Assembly (NCBI GenBank): GCA_036785375.1
Contig: JAWMAR010000026.1
Location: 11,966,001-12,030,000, forward strand
DNA length: 64,000 nt
Source: Leucoraja ocellata
Taxonomy: Eukaryota
Direction: 5' to 3'
The position numbers and the translations under genes were made by a program. This document shows positions 25,575 to 38,300 of the stretch, one piece after another. The notes beneath the pieces were generated by a model. That model was not told where the DNA came from. It saw nothing but the letters and a program-made list of their open reading frames with translations, and ran no database searches. Numbering within the stretch: position 1 is the first letter of the stretch; every line of letters begins with the position of its first letter.

Positions 25575-28500
25575 TCATAGAAACATAGAAATATAGAAAC
25601 ATAGAAAATAGGTGCAGGAGGAGGCCATTTGGCACTTCAAGTTTTAAATTCATCCAGTGAATTGACCTCTAGTGCCTTCTGTGGCAGAGAATTCCACAAA
25701 TAATAATAATAATAATAACTTTATTTATAAAGCACTTTTAGGCAACATCAGTTACCACAAAGTGCTGTACATGGGAAATCAACAAAAAGTTATCACAAAC
25801 TACTAAAACCATTAAGACGACAGGACTATAAAAACAGTAAAAAATTAAAAGACATTAAAAGCACTAAAACAGGAACAATGTCTCAGCCAGTGTCGAAAGC
25901 CAGTGAATAAAAGTGCGTTTTTAGGGAGGATTTAAAGATGGACAGTGAAGGGGCCTGTCTGATCTGCAGCGGCAAGGTGTTCCAGAGTGCCGGTGCAGCA
26001 ACAGAAAAGGCTCTATCCCCTCTGAGCTTCCGCTTAGACCTTGGTACCTCAAGGAGCAGCTGATCCGCTGACCTGAGGCACCGGGTAGGAGCATATAGGT
26101 GGAGCAGCTCAGAGAGGTAAGGCGGGGCGAGGCCATTCAATGATTTAAAAACAAATAAAATAATTTTAAAATGAACTCGAAAGTGCACTGGAAGCCAGTG
26201 AAGGGAGGCCAAAATTGGCGTAATGTGCTCCCTCTTTCGAGTTCCGGTTAAAAGGCGAGCGGCAGCATTTTGGACCAACTGGAGACGAGCCAACAAAGCT
26301 CGCGAGACTCCAGTGTAGAGCGCATTACAGTAATCCAGCCGAGATGAAATAAAGGCGTGAATTACTGTTTCAAAATGCTGCCGCTCGAGAATAGGCTTCA
26401 CCTTTGCCAGCTTCCTTAGGTGAAAGAAGCTGGACTTAACCACTGCGCCTATTTGTTTGTCTAATTTAAAATCACCGTCCATCATAAAACCCAGGTTTAA
26501 AACTGTTGGCTTTACGAACACTGCAAGTGGACCCAAGTCAACAGAGGGAGGTTCACGGCAGCCATTAGGGCCGAACAAAATCACTTCTGTCTTTTTTTCG
26601 TTAAGTCCCAGAAAGTTTAAGGCCATCCAGGACTTAATGTCCTCAAGACAAGACAGAAGTGATTTTAGGGAATAATTATCTTCTTTCCTGAGTGGCATGT
26701 ACAACTGGCTATCATCCGCGTAAAAGTGAAAGGAGATGCCATGCCTTCTTAAAATTGAGCCCAGTGGAAGTAGATAAAGGGAGAAAAGCAGGGGCCCTAA
26801 AATTGAGCCCTGTGGAACCCCATATGCCAAGGGAGCAGAGGAGGATTCAAGGCCACCAAGGCTTACACGCATGGTTCTATCTGCCAGATAGGACCTGAAC
26901 CATCCCAGGGCACTGCCACAGATGCCCACTCTGGATTTAGTGTTGTTCAATGAACCAGATTGGGCAATACACAACTCTGGGTGAAAACGTTTTTCTCATC
27001 TCAGTTTTAAATGGCCTCTCCTTTATTCTTAGACTGTGGCCCCTGGTTCTGGACTCCCTCAACATTGGGAACATATTTCCTGCATCAAGCTTGTCCAGTC
27101 CTGTTATAATTGTATACGTTCTTATAAGATCCTCTCTCATCCTTCTAAATTCCAGCGAATACAAGCCCAGTCTTTCCAATCTTTCAACAAATGAATCCCG
27201 CCATCCCAGGGATTAACCTTGTGAACCTACCTCAATAGCAAGGATGTCGTTCCTCAAATTAGGAGAACAAACTGGCACACAATACTCCAGATGTGGTCTC
27301 ACCAGTGCCCTGTACAACTGCAGAATGACCTCTTTACTCGAATAAATCCTTTACCACCTCACTCAAAAGTCACCCTGCAAACTCCTAGCATCCTTTTCGC
27401 AGTTCACATTGCCGCCCAGCTTTGTGTCATCTGCAAATTTGCTAGTGCAACTTTTAATCCCATCATCTAAATCATGAATATATATTGTAAATAGTTGCGG
27501 CACTCCACTCGCCACTACCTGTTAATCTGACAGGGACCCGTTTATTCCTACTCTTTGTTTCCTGTCTGCCAACCAATTCTCTATCCATGTCAATATCCTA
27601 TCCCCAATACCATGAGCTCTAATTTTGTCCACTCATCTCCTGTGTGGGATCTTAGTGAAGCCAGAACTAAAGTACCTGTTCAACTCTTCTGTTATGGGGA
27701 ACAAATTATTATTTGTTCCCCATAATAATTTCACCTGTTGCTGCCTTTAAGGGACCCACATTTGTCTTTACTAATCTATTTATCTAAACATACCTAATTA
27801 AGCTTTTACTATCCTTCTTTATATTCTTGGCCAGTTTACCCTCGTACTTCATCTTTTACCCCGTCTTGCCCTTTTTGTTACCTTCAGTTGTCCTTTGAAC
27901 GTGTTCCATTTCTCTGGCTTCCTGCTACTCTTTGCTATGTTATACACCTTTTCCTTTAGTTTTATTCCATCCCTAACTTCCTTTGTCAGCTACGGTTGCA
28001 TCTTACTTCCCTTAGAATCTTTCTTCCTCTTTGGAATGAAATGATCCTGCATCTTCTGGATTATGCCCAGAAATTCCTATCATTCCCGTCATTCCTGCTA
28101 GGATCCTTTCCCAGTCGACCTTGAACAGCTCCTCTCTCATGCCTTCATAGTCCCAATTGTTTAACTGCAACACTGGCACTTCTAATTTAACCTTCGCCCT
28201 CTCAAATTGCAGATTAAACTGTATCATATTATGATCACTGCCTCCTAGCGGTTCCTTTACCTTAAGGTCCTTTATTAAATCTGGTTCATTGAACAACACT
28301 AAATCCAGAATTGCCTTCTCTCTGGTAGGCTCCAGTACAAGTTGCTCTAATAATCCATTTTGGTGGCACTCTACAAACTCCCTTTCTTGGGATCCAGAAC
28401 CAACCCGATTTTCCCAGTCCGCCTGCATATTGAAATCTCCCATAACCACAGTGGCATTACCTTTGTTACATGCAAATTTTAACTCCTGCTGCAACTTGCA

Positions 28501-28710
28501 CGTATCTATCTCCAGGCTACTGTTTGGGGGCCAGTAGCTAACTCCTATCAGTATCAATTGCTCAATTCTATTCACAGCAAATCGACATCATCAGTCCCTA
28601 TGTCACCCCTCGCAGGGGACTGAATTTCATCCCTCACCAAGAGAGCTACCCCACCTTCCCCTCCCACCTGCCTGTCCTTTCTATAGGACGTATAACCCTG
28701 AATATTCAGA
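25575..28710 (-). mobile_element. Degenerate CR1 LINE interrupted by the L2 insertion
   Basis: ORF fragments 26937-27179 and 28012-28575 (endonuclease MGDFN, ILDLV, SDHN). Confidence 0.85.
25700..26965 (-). mobile_element. Young 5'-truncated L2-clade LINE with uninterrupted 363-aa RT C-terminal ORF
   Basis: ORF 25883-26974 contains GVPQGSILGPLLF, FYADDSQLY, SRLDYCNAL, LQLVQNAAARLL and HWLPV; (TTA)n tail. Absent from copy 1 (empty site ~4537). Confidence 0.92.
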
Positions 28711-29132
28711 ATATTCCGTGAAATAATCCTGATTAGGCGTTCAAACTACTGTATTACAATCCATCAGTATTATATTCCAGCTGTTCCCAAATGCAACTGC
28801 CTTGCAAATACTCGTTTTCTCAATCTTATTCTGTTTTAAAATAGTGGGATAACAGTTTCTACAATTTTTTAGAATTGTTTGAGATCAATAGGACGTTTGC
28901 GCGTCTGACAAAACCATCCATGATTTCGTTCCCACATGTGACATTAATAGACGGAATAAGGAATTTGTGAGGTAACATCTATGATAGACAAGTTGCTGGA
29001 GAGGATTCTGTAATATAATATCGACATATTTGAATAAAGGGGGGCTGAGTAGACATAACCAGCATGGTCAGGTACATGTGAGATTGTGTCCCACAAATTT
29101 GATTGAGTTTCCTGAAGAAATAACCAAGTACA

Positions 29133-29365
29133 TGGGCGGCAAGGTGGTTCAGCGGTAGAGCTACTGCCTTCCAGCGCCAGAGAAATGGGTTCGATCCTGA
29201 CCGCGGGTGCTTCACGCAGTTTGTACGTTCTCACCTTGACCTGCGTGTATTTTCTCCAAGATCTTCGGTTTCCTCTCACACAACAAATACGTAGAGGTTT
29301 GAAAGTTAATTGGCTTGGAATAAAAGTAAAAAGTGTCACCAGTACGTGCAGGATAGTGTTAATAC
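29133..29365 (+). mobile_element. tRNA-derived V-SINE (HE1-like)
   Basis: Box A/B-like ggtggttcagcggtagag...gggttcgatcc, followed by a tttgtacgttctc..gacctgcgtg core. Confidence 0.6.
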
Positions 29366-30368
29366 ATAGATACATAGAAAATAGGTGCAGGAGTAGGCCA
29401 TTCGGCCCTTCGAGCCTGCACCGCCATTCAATATGATCATGGCTGATCATCCAACTCAGTATCCCGTACCTGCCTTCTCTCCATACCCCTGATCATTTTA
29501 GCCACATCTAACTCCTTCTTAAATATAGCCAATGAACTTGCCTCAACTACCCTCTGTGGCAGATATAAGATCCCCTCTCAATCTCCTAAATTCTAGCGAG
29601 TATAAGCCAAGTCTATCCAGTCTTTCTTCATATGAAAGTCCTGACATCCCAGGAATCAGTCTGATGAACCTTCTCTGCACTCCCTCTATGGCAATAATGT
29701 CCTTCCTCAGATTTGGAGACCAAAACTGTACGCAATACTCCAGGTGTGGTCTCCCCGAGACCATGTACAACTGCAGTAGAACATCCCTGCTCCTATACTC
29801 AAATCCTTTTGCTATGAAAGTTAACATACCATTCGCTTTCTTCACTGCCTGCTGCACCTGCATGCCTACTTTCAATGACTGGTGTACCATGACACCCAGG
29901 TCTCGTTGCATCTCCCCTTTTCCTAATCGGCCACCATTTAGATAATAGTCTGTTTTTCTGTTTTTGCCACCAAAGTGGATAACCTTACATTTATCCACAT
30001 TATACTGCATCTGCCAAACATTTGCCCACTCACCCAGCCTATCCAAATCACCTTGCAGCCTCCCAGCATCCTCCTCACAGCTAACACTGCCCCCCAGCTT
30101 CGTGTCATCCGCAAACTTGGAGAAGTTGCATTCAATTCCCTCGTCCAAATCATTAATATATATCGTAAATAGCTGGTGTCCCAGAACTGAGCCTTGCGGT
30201 ACCCCACTAGTCACTGCCTGCCATTGTGAAAAGGACCCGTTCACTCTTACTCTTTGCTTCCTGTTTGCCAACCAGTTCTCTATCCACATCAATACTGAAC
30301 CCCCAATACCGTGTGCTTTAAGTTTGTATACTAATCTCTCATGTGGGACCTTGTCGAAAGCCTTCTGG
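29366..30368 (-). mobile_element. CR1 LINE RT/3' fragment
   Basis: ORF 29543-30406 with QKAFDKV, GVPQGS and FADD; 3' stem-loop and tail. Confidence 0.9.
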
Positions 30369-32360
30369 ATGTGCGGTCGTAGGTCGGCGCGGACTCGGTG
30401 GGCCAAAGAACGCTGTATCTAAGGACAAGGCTGCAGAAAGGCCTTTGATACTGTTTTGCATCATATCACTGGTGACCATCGGACTATCGTTGATTCGGAC
30501 TTTGCTGGGACCTTGCACTAAACGTTGTTCCTGTAACATTTGTCTCTACACGAAATGGTCAGTTGTAGTCATGTATTGTCTTTCCGCTGACTGAATAACA
30601 AGCAACAAAAGCTTTTCACTGTACCTCGGTACACGTGTCAATAAACTAACGTGAAACTTATGGCTGACTATATTCCTTCACATCAACTTCAGAATAAAAA
30701 AAATAAAAAAGGGAGAATGCGGAGTCAAATATTTTATTGATAAACATTATTCCAGATGCGTGAAGTTAATAAAAGTGATATTTTCTTTTAATTCTGGCAC
30801 CGTTTTGCACAAACTGTTCACGACACAGAAATACATCGTTCAACCTTTATCAAGAGAGAAATAAAAATCGTAGTTTAACATGTGTTTCAATTACAGATTA
30901 AAGTGAAAGAAAATTGCCATATCATTCCCCTAATCCAATAAAACTGAAATTGCCAGGTAGTGGAACAACCAAAGAACACATATATATTTCACACCGAGCA
31001 GACGAAATTCTTGATCATCATTTTCATATTAGATAATATGTAATCAGCAGAACGAATGTTAGGCTTATGCACTTGATACTGTTAGGAATTCACTCTTACA
31101 GTTTTCAAAGTTATGCTTAAGTCATGAATACCGCGCATTAGAAACGGATCAGTTAATAGTTATACGAGCACAACCACCAATCCGTACTGTTTCCATAAAC
31201 GATGTTTTGCACGCATAAACTGTTTATTCTCATTGTTCAATCCGCCGATAGATGATTACGTTGGTCGGTCGTTAGAGAAGCGAAGCTGTTCTAACGGCTG
31301 GGAATGATGGTCTGAGCTGTGTGAACTTGAAGGATGCAATGAGTCTTTCGGCTATCCTATCGCTGAACACCTCCGCTTAGTCCGCCTTAACCTACCTGAT
31401 CTCCCAGTTGCTCAGCACTTTAACGGCCCCTCCCATTCCCAATCTGACCTTTCTGTCCTGGGCCTCCTCCATTGTCAGAGTGAGGCCCAGCGCAAATTTG
31501 AGGAACAGCAACTCATACTTCTATAACCTCAAATAGACCTTGCTTTCCCCCTCTCTCCATCTCCTCCCCTTTCCAGTTCTCCCACCAGTCTTACTGTCTC
31601 CGACTACATTCTATCCGTGTCCCGCCCATTCCCCTGACATCGGTCTGAAGCAGGGTCTCGACCCGAAACGTCACCCATCCCTCCTCTCCAGAGATGCTGC
31701 CTGTCCCGTTGAGTTACTCCAGCATCTTGTGTCTATCTTCGAATTATCCCAGCATCTGCAGTTCTTTCCTACACGATGCAACGAGAATCCGGCTTGATCA
31801 ACGCTCGGTCCCAGTGCCTCTACCCAACCGCCCACTGAATCACGACATGGAACACAAGTGATCACGGACTGACACATAAGCAGATGCTGATCGATGGAGC
31901 ACACGCTCGAGTCAACAACCAGCGTATCAGGCATTTATTTTTGCAGTCTGCGAAAAAATCCTACTTACTATTGGCAAATTGATTTTGAATATCGATGATA
32001 GTCCAAACGGTGCAAAAAAAAAATGGTATTAATGAATTAATTGTGGACGTAAATGGGGCATGTCTGCTTGAAATCTTGCCAATTTTCTATGTCATCATTT
32101 CTATGTCTTATATGATCGAGAATTAAATTTAAAATCGAGAGTAGGAGTAAAAGCACTAAGAAGAATAAAATTTAAATTATAATTTCCACTACTTTGCTAC
32201 GCGCGGCCGATTTGATTTTAGAAATCCAACCAGTCTAATGATAATTGCAACCTTCGGTTACAGGATATGAATCATCGTTCATCGGCTGTAAACCACGCCC
32301 TCACTTTACACTTGCCAACGCTGCTTTCTGCCGACAAACTAGTTGTAGCTGGTGGCCGGA

Positions 32361-35300
32361 ATGGAAACCAGTATGATATTTCACTTACTGGCAGTCGTTG
32401 GGAATATTTGCATAGGCACGACTTTGTTCGTTGTTCCATCTGCTTTAGCTTATAAAATGATTTCCGACACGTTTACACCTTAATGTAGCTACATGTAATG
32501 TCGTCCCTTTTATTCAACCGTCCGTTTGCCGTCATCAACATAATCACCTTTCCTTGACTGTGTTTCCTAACAGGTGGGGAACAGATTTCGTACAACGTAC
32601 TGCAAATACCCAAAGAAGTGATTTTACACAAAGGAGGGAACACCACATTCTACTGCATATTCCCCATTTCTCAAGACCAATCTCGGGTAAGAGTCAAATG
32701 GTGGAAACAGGGCGAGAATGAATACCAACGTACAAGTACCGACGGCAGGAAACGTTTTGGCGTGAGTGATCGAGGAAGCGGGTACTTTGAGTTGAAGAAT
32801 GCAAAGATTCAAGATTCTGGAGTGTATCAGTGTTCGGTGATTCGTAAAGGAATGGCTCCAAGAAATTCAACCGGATCGCGTCTAATAGTATATGGTAAGC
32901 GAAAAATAATTGTTTTTTATCATGGAATATAATGGTTTGCAAACCGAATCACTGTGAAGATGTCCTTTAATGCCATTTTGTGTATGGTATGTTCAGTATA
33001 TCTGATCTACCGCTCTATCTACATTCTGCGAACAAGAGGGTTGAACCTCCGCATGCCTATCCTCCTTTATGAAATTCCGTTCCACTTCACTCATCTCGCC
33101 AAAATTGGAAACACGATGTCCGATTTTATAAAATCAAATTAATATTTTTTAAATTCCTTCAAAGTTCACCATGGATCTTTAACCTATGGAAATCCAATAA
33201 GTCCAAGAACATATTTCCTTGAATGTTCATTGAGTTGCAGTCGGTTGAATTGTACAGTTTTGCCCAAAGCAGGATGCAATCGCTCCAGTGTTGTCAGCAT
33301 TAACTGAAAGTGAACCTCTGCTCATGTTCTACTTCTTTAGTTGGAGAATGTTACTCAGATCATATATTTTAAATGGCCTTGGCCAATTCACTCTGGCATC
33401 ACCTAATTAATCTCCCTAAATGTTATAATTCTGACGTGAAGCGCAATGGAACGTAATATACAAAGTTCATAAATTCATGTTCATAAATCATAGGACCAGA
33501 CTAAGATCATTCGACCCATCGAGGCTACTGGGCCATTCAATCATGGCTGATCAATATTTCCTTTTTAACCTAATTTTCCTGTCTTCGACTCATAACCTTT
33601 CACATAAAACTCAAAAACCCGTCAATCTCAGTTTAAAAATATAGAAGTCTTGGCCGCCACGGCCATCTGAGGTAATTAGTGCCACAGTTTCATCACCCTC
33701 TGACTAAATAAATTCCTCAGTGTCTCCTTTCCAAACGAATGTCCTTTTGTTATGAGACTGTGCCCACTGGTCTTATACTCTCCCAGTCCTGGAAACACCC
33801 TGTCCACATCCACTCCATCCGGGTCCTTACACCATTTGGTAAGTTTCAATAAGGTCCCCTCCATATACTTCTAAACTACAGATTGCATCGGCCCAGATCC
33901 GCCAATCGCTCAATATACGTTAACCCAATCGCCCCCTGGATAATTCTCGTAAATCTCATCTGAACTATTTTCAACGCTAGAAAATCCCTCCTCAGATATG
34001 GGGGCCCAAAATTGTTTACAATACTCCAACGCGGTCTGACCATTGCCTTATGAAGCCTCAGCATTACATCCCTGTTTTTTTTTAAAAAACATTCCAGTCC
34101 TCTCTCAATAAATGCTAACGTTTTTAGTTACCGTATGTTGGATTTTAAAGAGGTAGGTAAACATCTTTTATTGTATTGGGAGATTATGATAAAGCAATGT
34201 CAGTAGACAGTAGACAATAGGTGCAGGAGTAGGCCATTCGGCCCTTCGAGCTAGCACCGCCATTCGCTGTGATCATGGCTGATCATACATAACCTGCCAT
34301 CTCCCCATATCCCTTGACTCCGCTATCTTTAATAGCTGCATCTAACTCTCGCTTGAAAGCATCCAGAAAATCTGCCTCTACTGTCTTCTGAGGCAGAGAA
34401 TTCCACAGATTCACAACTCTGGGTGAAAAAGGTTTTCCTCATCTCCGTTCTAAATGGCCTACGCCTTATTCTTAAAATGTGGCCCCTGGTACTGGACTCC
34501 CCCAACATCTGGCCAGGTTTCCTCCCTCTAACATGTCCAATCCCTTAATAGTCTTCTATGCTTCAATAAATCCACTCCCATCCTTCTAAATTTCAGTGTA
34601 TACAAGCCCAGCCACTCCATTCTTTCAACGTATGACTGTCCCGCCAGCCCGGGAATTAACCTTCGTCACAAAAATAGTGTCGAAATATTATCGGAGTAAA
34701 ACACAAATCCTACCACCGATTCACATTACAATAGCAGAAGACAAGGAAATATATGTCTCAAGAACATTCACTTGGAAACGTTTCTTATCATAAACACGGT
34801 CTGAACACATTGCTACTTGGAGTCTCAGAGTTGCACAGCACAGGAACAGCCTTCCGGTCCTCCAAGTCCATCCGACCTATTTCTCCATCTACTCAAATTC
34901 AATTTACCAGCGTTAGGTCCTTATCTACTACGAGTTGCCTATTATAATGTCTGTGAATCCCCAGGGCCTGATGGTCGGCATCCCAGGGTACTTACGGAAG
35001 TGGCTCTAGATATCGTGGACACATTGGTGATAATTTTACAATGTTCTATAGACTCAGGATCAGTTCCTGTTGATTGGAGGTTAGCAAATGTTATCCCACT
35101 TTTCAAGATAGGCGGGAGAGAGAAAACGGGGAATTATAGGCCAGTTAGCCTGACATCGGTGGTGGGGACGATGCTGGAGTCAATTATAAAAGATGAGATA
35201 GCCGCACATTGGGATAGCAGTAACGGGATCAGTCCGAGTGAGCATGGATTTACAAGGGGAAATCATGCTTGACTAATCTGGAAGTTTTTGAAGATGTAAG

Positions 35301-38300
35301 TAGGAAAATGGACAAGGGAGAGCCAGTGGACGTAGTGTACCTGGACTTTCAAAACGCATTTGATAAGATCCCACATTGGAGATTAGTGGGCAAACTTAGG
35401 GCACATGGTATTGGGGGTAGAGTGCTGACATGGATAGAGAAGTGGTTGGCAGACAGGAAACAAAGAGTAGGGATTAACGGGTCCCTTTCAGAATGGCAGG
35501 CAGTGACTAGTGGGGTCCCGCAAGGCTTGGTGCTGGGACCGCAGCTATTTACAATATACATCAATGATTTGGATGAAGGGGTTCAAATTAACATTAGCAA
35601 ATTTGCAGATGACACAAAGCTGGGTGACAGTGTGAACTATGAGGAGGATGCTATGAGAATGCAGTGTAACTTGGACAGATTGTGGGAGTGGGCAGATGCA
35701 TGGCAGATGAAGTTTAATGCGGATAAATGTGAGGTTATCCCCCCCCCCCTCCCCCGCCCCATCCCCACCCCCTCCAAGGACAGCCATGACGGGACAATCA
35801 CAACATTCGTCCAATGTTGAATCCAGAACTGCCGCGAATACTCTAAATGTTGATTTACGCGTTGGGTAAAGTTCTTACATAAGGTACTACCATTAATATT
35901 GTATGTCCTCGCCTATGAAGGTACGCCTGAAAGAGTTGATATAGTTTGCAGGATGTAATGTGTTGGTAAAACAACATATTTTCCTCACCATTTTCTGTGC
36001 CCCTGCTCTGCTTCTGCTGCAAAACCGACTCGCTTTCTCATTTGATCATTAATGATGCGCAGAAAACTCATCGTTATCTTTGAGTAAATAACTCAGAGAA
36101 TCCCATCGTGGTAACATATGTCGAGTTGTATTAGATTATTTATTCAAACTAAGAAGATTAATACATAAATATTTGAATGAAGCGTCATTATCACTGAATC
36201 GGCAAGACTCGTGAAACACCGACCTGAAAGAGCCATTTGGACCAGGCATGAGCACGTAGTCTAAGTAATATCAAATACATTTTCCAATGCGTCATTATTA
36301 CAACGCACTCGAGGTTAATAATAGCAACCCATCAACGGCGTAATGTGATTTAATTTTGTTCATGTTCTGTTCCGCAGCGCTTCCAACTCCACTGAAAATT
36401 TTCACCAAGACTAGTGAAAAGAATCCAGCCGCGAGTTGTATTCATGTGTGTGAAACAGCCGCATTCTATCCCGAGAATTTCACGCTTAATTGGTATAAAA
36501 ATGGGAACGAAACAACATCGGAAATAAAGATCGAAACACAGAAGAACGCCGAAGGATTGTATATGGTTTCCAGCTCTTTGATCGCGAGGCCGCCATTTCA
36601 GAGCGATAACAAATATACCTGTTTAATAACTCATGTCTCCCTCAATACTCCAGCCCAGGCTGTCATCGCTGGTTCCGAATGTAACCAAGGTACAATGCCA
36701 CCAAATCCATCCCCTGTTCAGTTCGTAAAAATAAACTACTATTTCTATTTGTTCCAGGCCGCGAGGAAAATTCACCTTAGTTCAATTGAAAGTTGCAGTT
36801 CTTTTTCATTTAAAATAAAACGACCGGATGCAACAAACCTGTTATCAATTCGTTGTACATTCGTTTTCAATGAAAATGTCTTATTTGCCCTCCAAAATAG
36901 AAAAACAAATTTAAACATGTTGCCTCTCTATTGGGTAGTGTTGATGTTTCTTTCATGTTGCTTTCAAAAATGTTTCCCAATGCACCGTTGATTCCACACT
37001 TGGCGGCACAACTGATTTCAGGCACTTAGGTTTTCACTCACGCTTCCTCGGTTTTTATTCTGATGCCGAATCCTTTGCTTCGCCGTGATCACCTTCGCTA
37101 AAATCCAACCACCCCTGCTCCCGAAATTGCTCGGTGCGGCATCCACTCCCACTGCCACCGTGACAAATTCAAGTACGGAATTCTAAAAGAAGAGAGGCTT
37201 CAATTGAGGCGTCAATACCGTCGCCAACGGACACGGTATCATTTAGTAAATTGACAGAATAGGGGGAATGTCTTCAATTAGGAGGGTTCACACCCATCCC
37301 CTCACATTGCAGTCGCACAGCCTATCAATGGCGTGCAATACAGCAGCGTTTAGGTCCCTAAACCAACAGCTCGTTTCGAAAATCAATTCAGCATAACAAA
37401 TTTGTCCGATATTTTAATTACTTCAGGGTATATATTGTAAGACTTAGGGCTTGTCCTACTTGGGCGTCATTTACGCGACATCATTTACTTACATTGTAAG
37501 TCGTCCTACGTATACAGTTTTTTATCTTACGCTGTCCTGTATTTGCGGTGCTTCCGGTAGAGTTGCCAATCCTGTCTCACTTTCACCACGAGCATTGAGC
37601 ATCACCCTACCCCCAACCGCCCCAAGTTCGGGAAGAATAGCTGGCAACCACCATAACATGTATTCCTACAAACCCTACAGGTTCTGCCGGCAAACTACCT
37701 TCGGTCGTGGCTTCTGGTTGTGCGGTGGGTGGATTGTTTATTTCAGTGCTAATTATCGTTATTTGGTTGCGGTGCCGCAAGCAGAAAAATAAGGGTAAGT
37801 TCTAGCGATAACAATGAACTGTAATATTAATCGTTGGGGTCAACGATAGTGACTGTTTCAGCAACATCTCAGTTCAGTCAATGCCTTTAATCGGAACTAA
37901 TACCCGAATAGCCAGTCCATTGAGAGTGCACAATGGGGAAAGGCCAATCAAGGACACTGTGAGGTCACCAATGGCTAAGTAACAGAGATTCGTGGTCTGC
38001 TATAAACTTTCAAAGTATAGATTGTCTCTTACAGGCAGCACAAAGTAGTGTACAAGTAACACAAGCACCCAACGTTCACAAAATCGTCCGAATCCATGAG
38101 CAGGATAAAGAAAATACAAACATATACAAATTAGGAGAGGCATGGGTAGGGTAGACTGTCAGAACGATTTTCCCGGGAATAAAATATCAAATACAAGAGG
38201 GTATAGATTTAGGTGTGAGGGGTAACGTTTGGAGATGTAGGTGGGCCGAAGGGTGTTTTCTTCTATCGTCTCAAATTCCCACGTATTTCCTTGTAACCTA

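Larger units (their letters stand above)
17947..37290 (+). repeat. Segmental duplication, copy 2
   Basis: Matches copy 1; carries extra DIRS and L2 insertions. Confidence 0.95.

Noticed and set aside
38035-38048. Candidate acceptor ctcttacag as the next gene B exon
   Set aside because: It gives GSTK* immediately. The 38605 acceptor has a stronger pyrimidine tract and leads in phase to the ITIM exons. A minor truncated isoform cannot be excluded.
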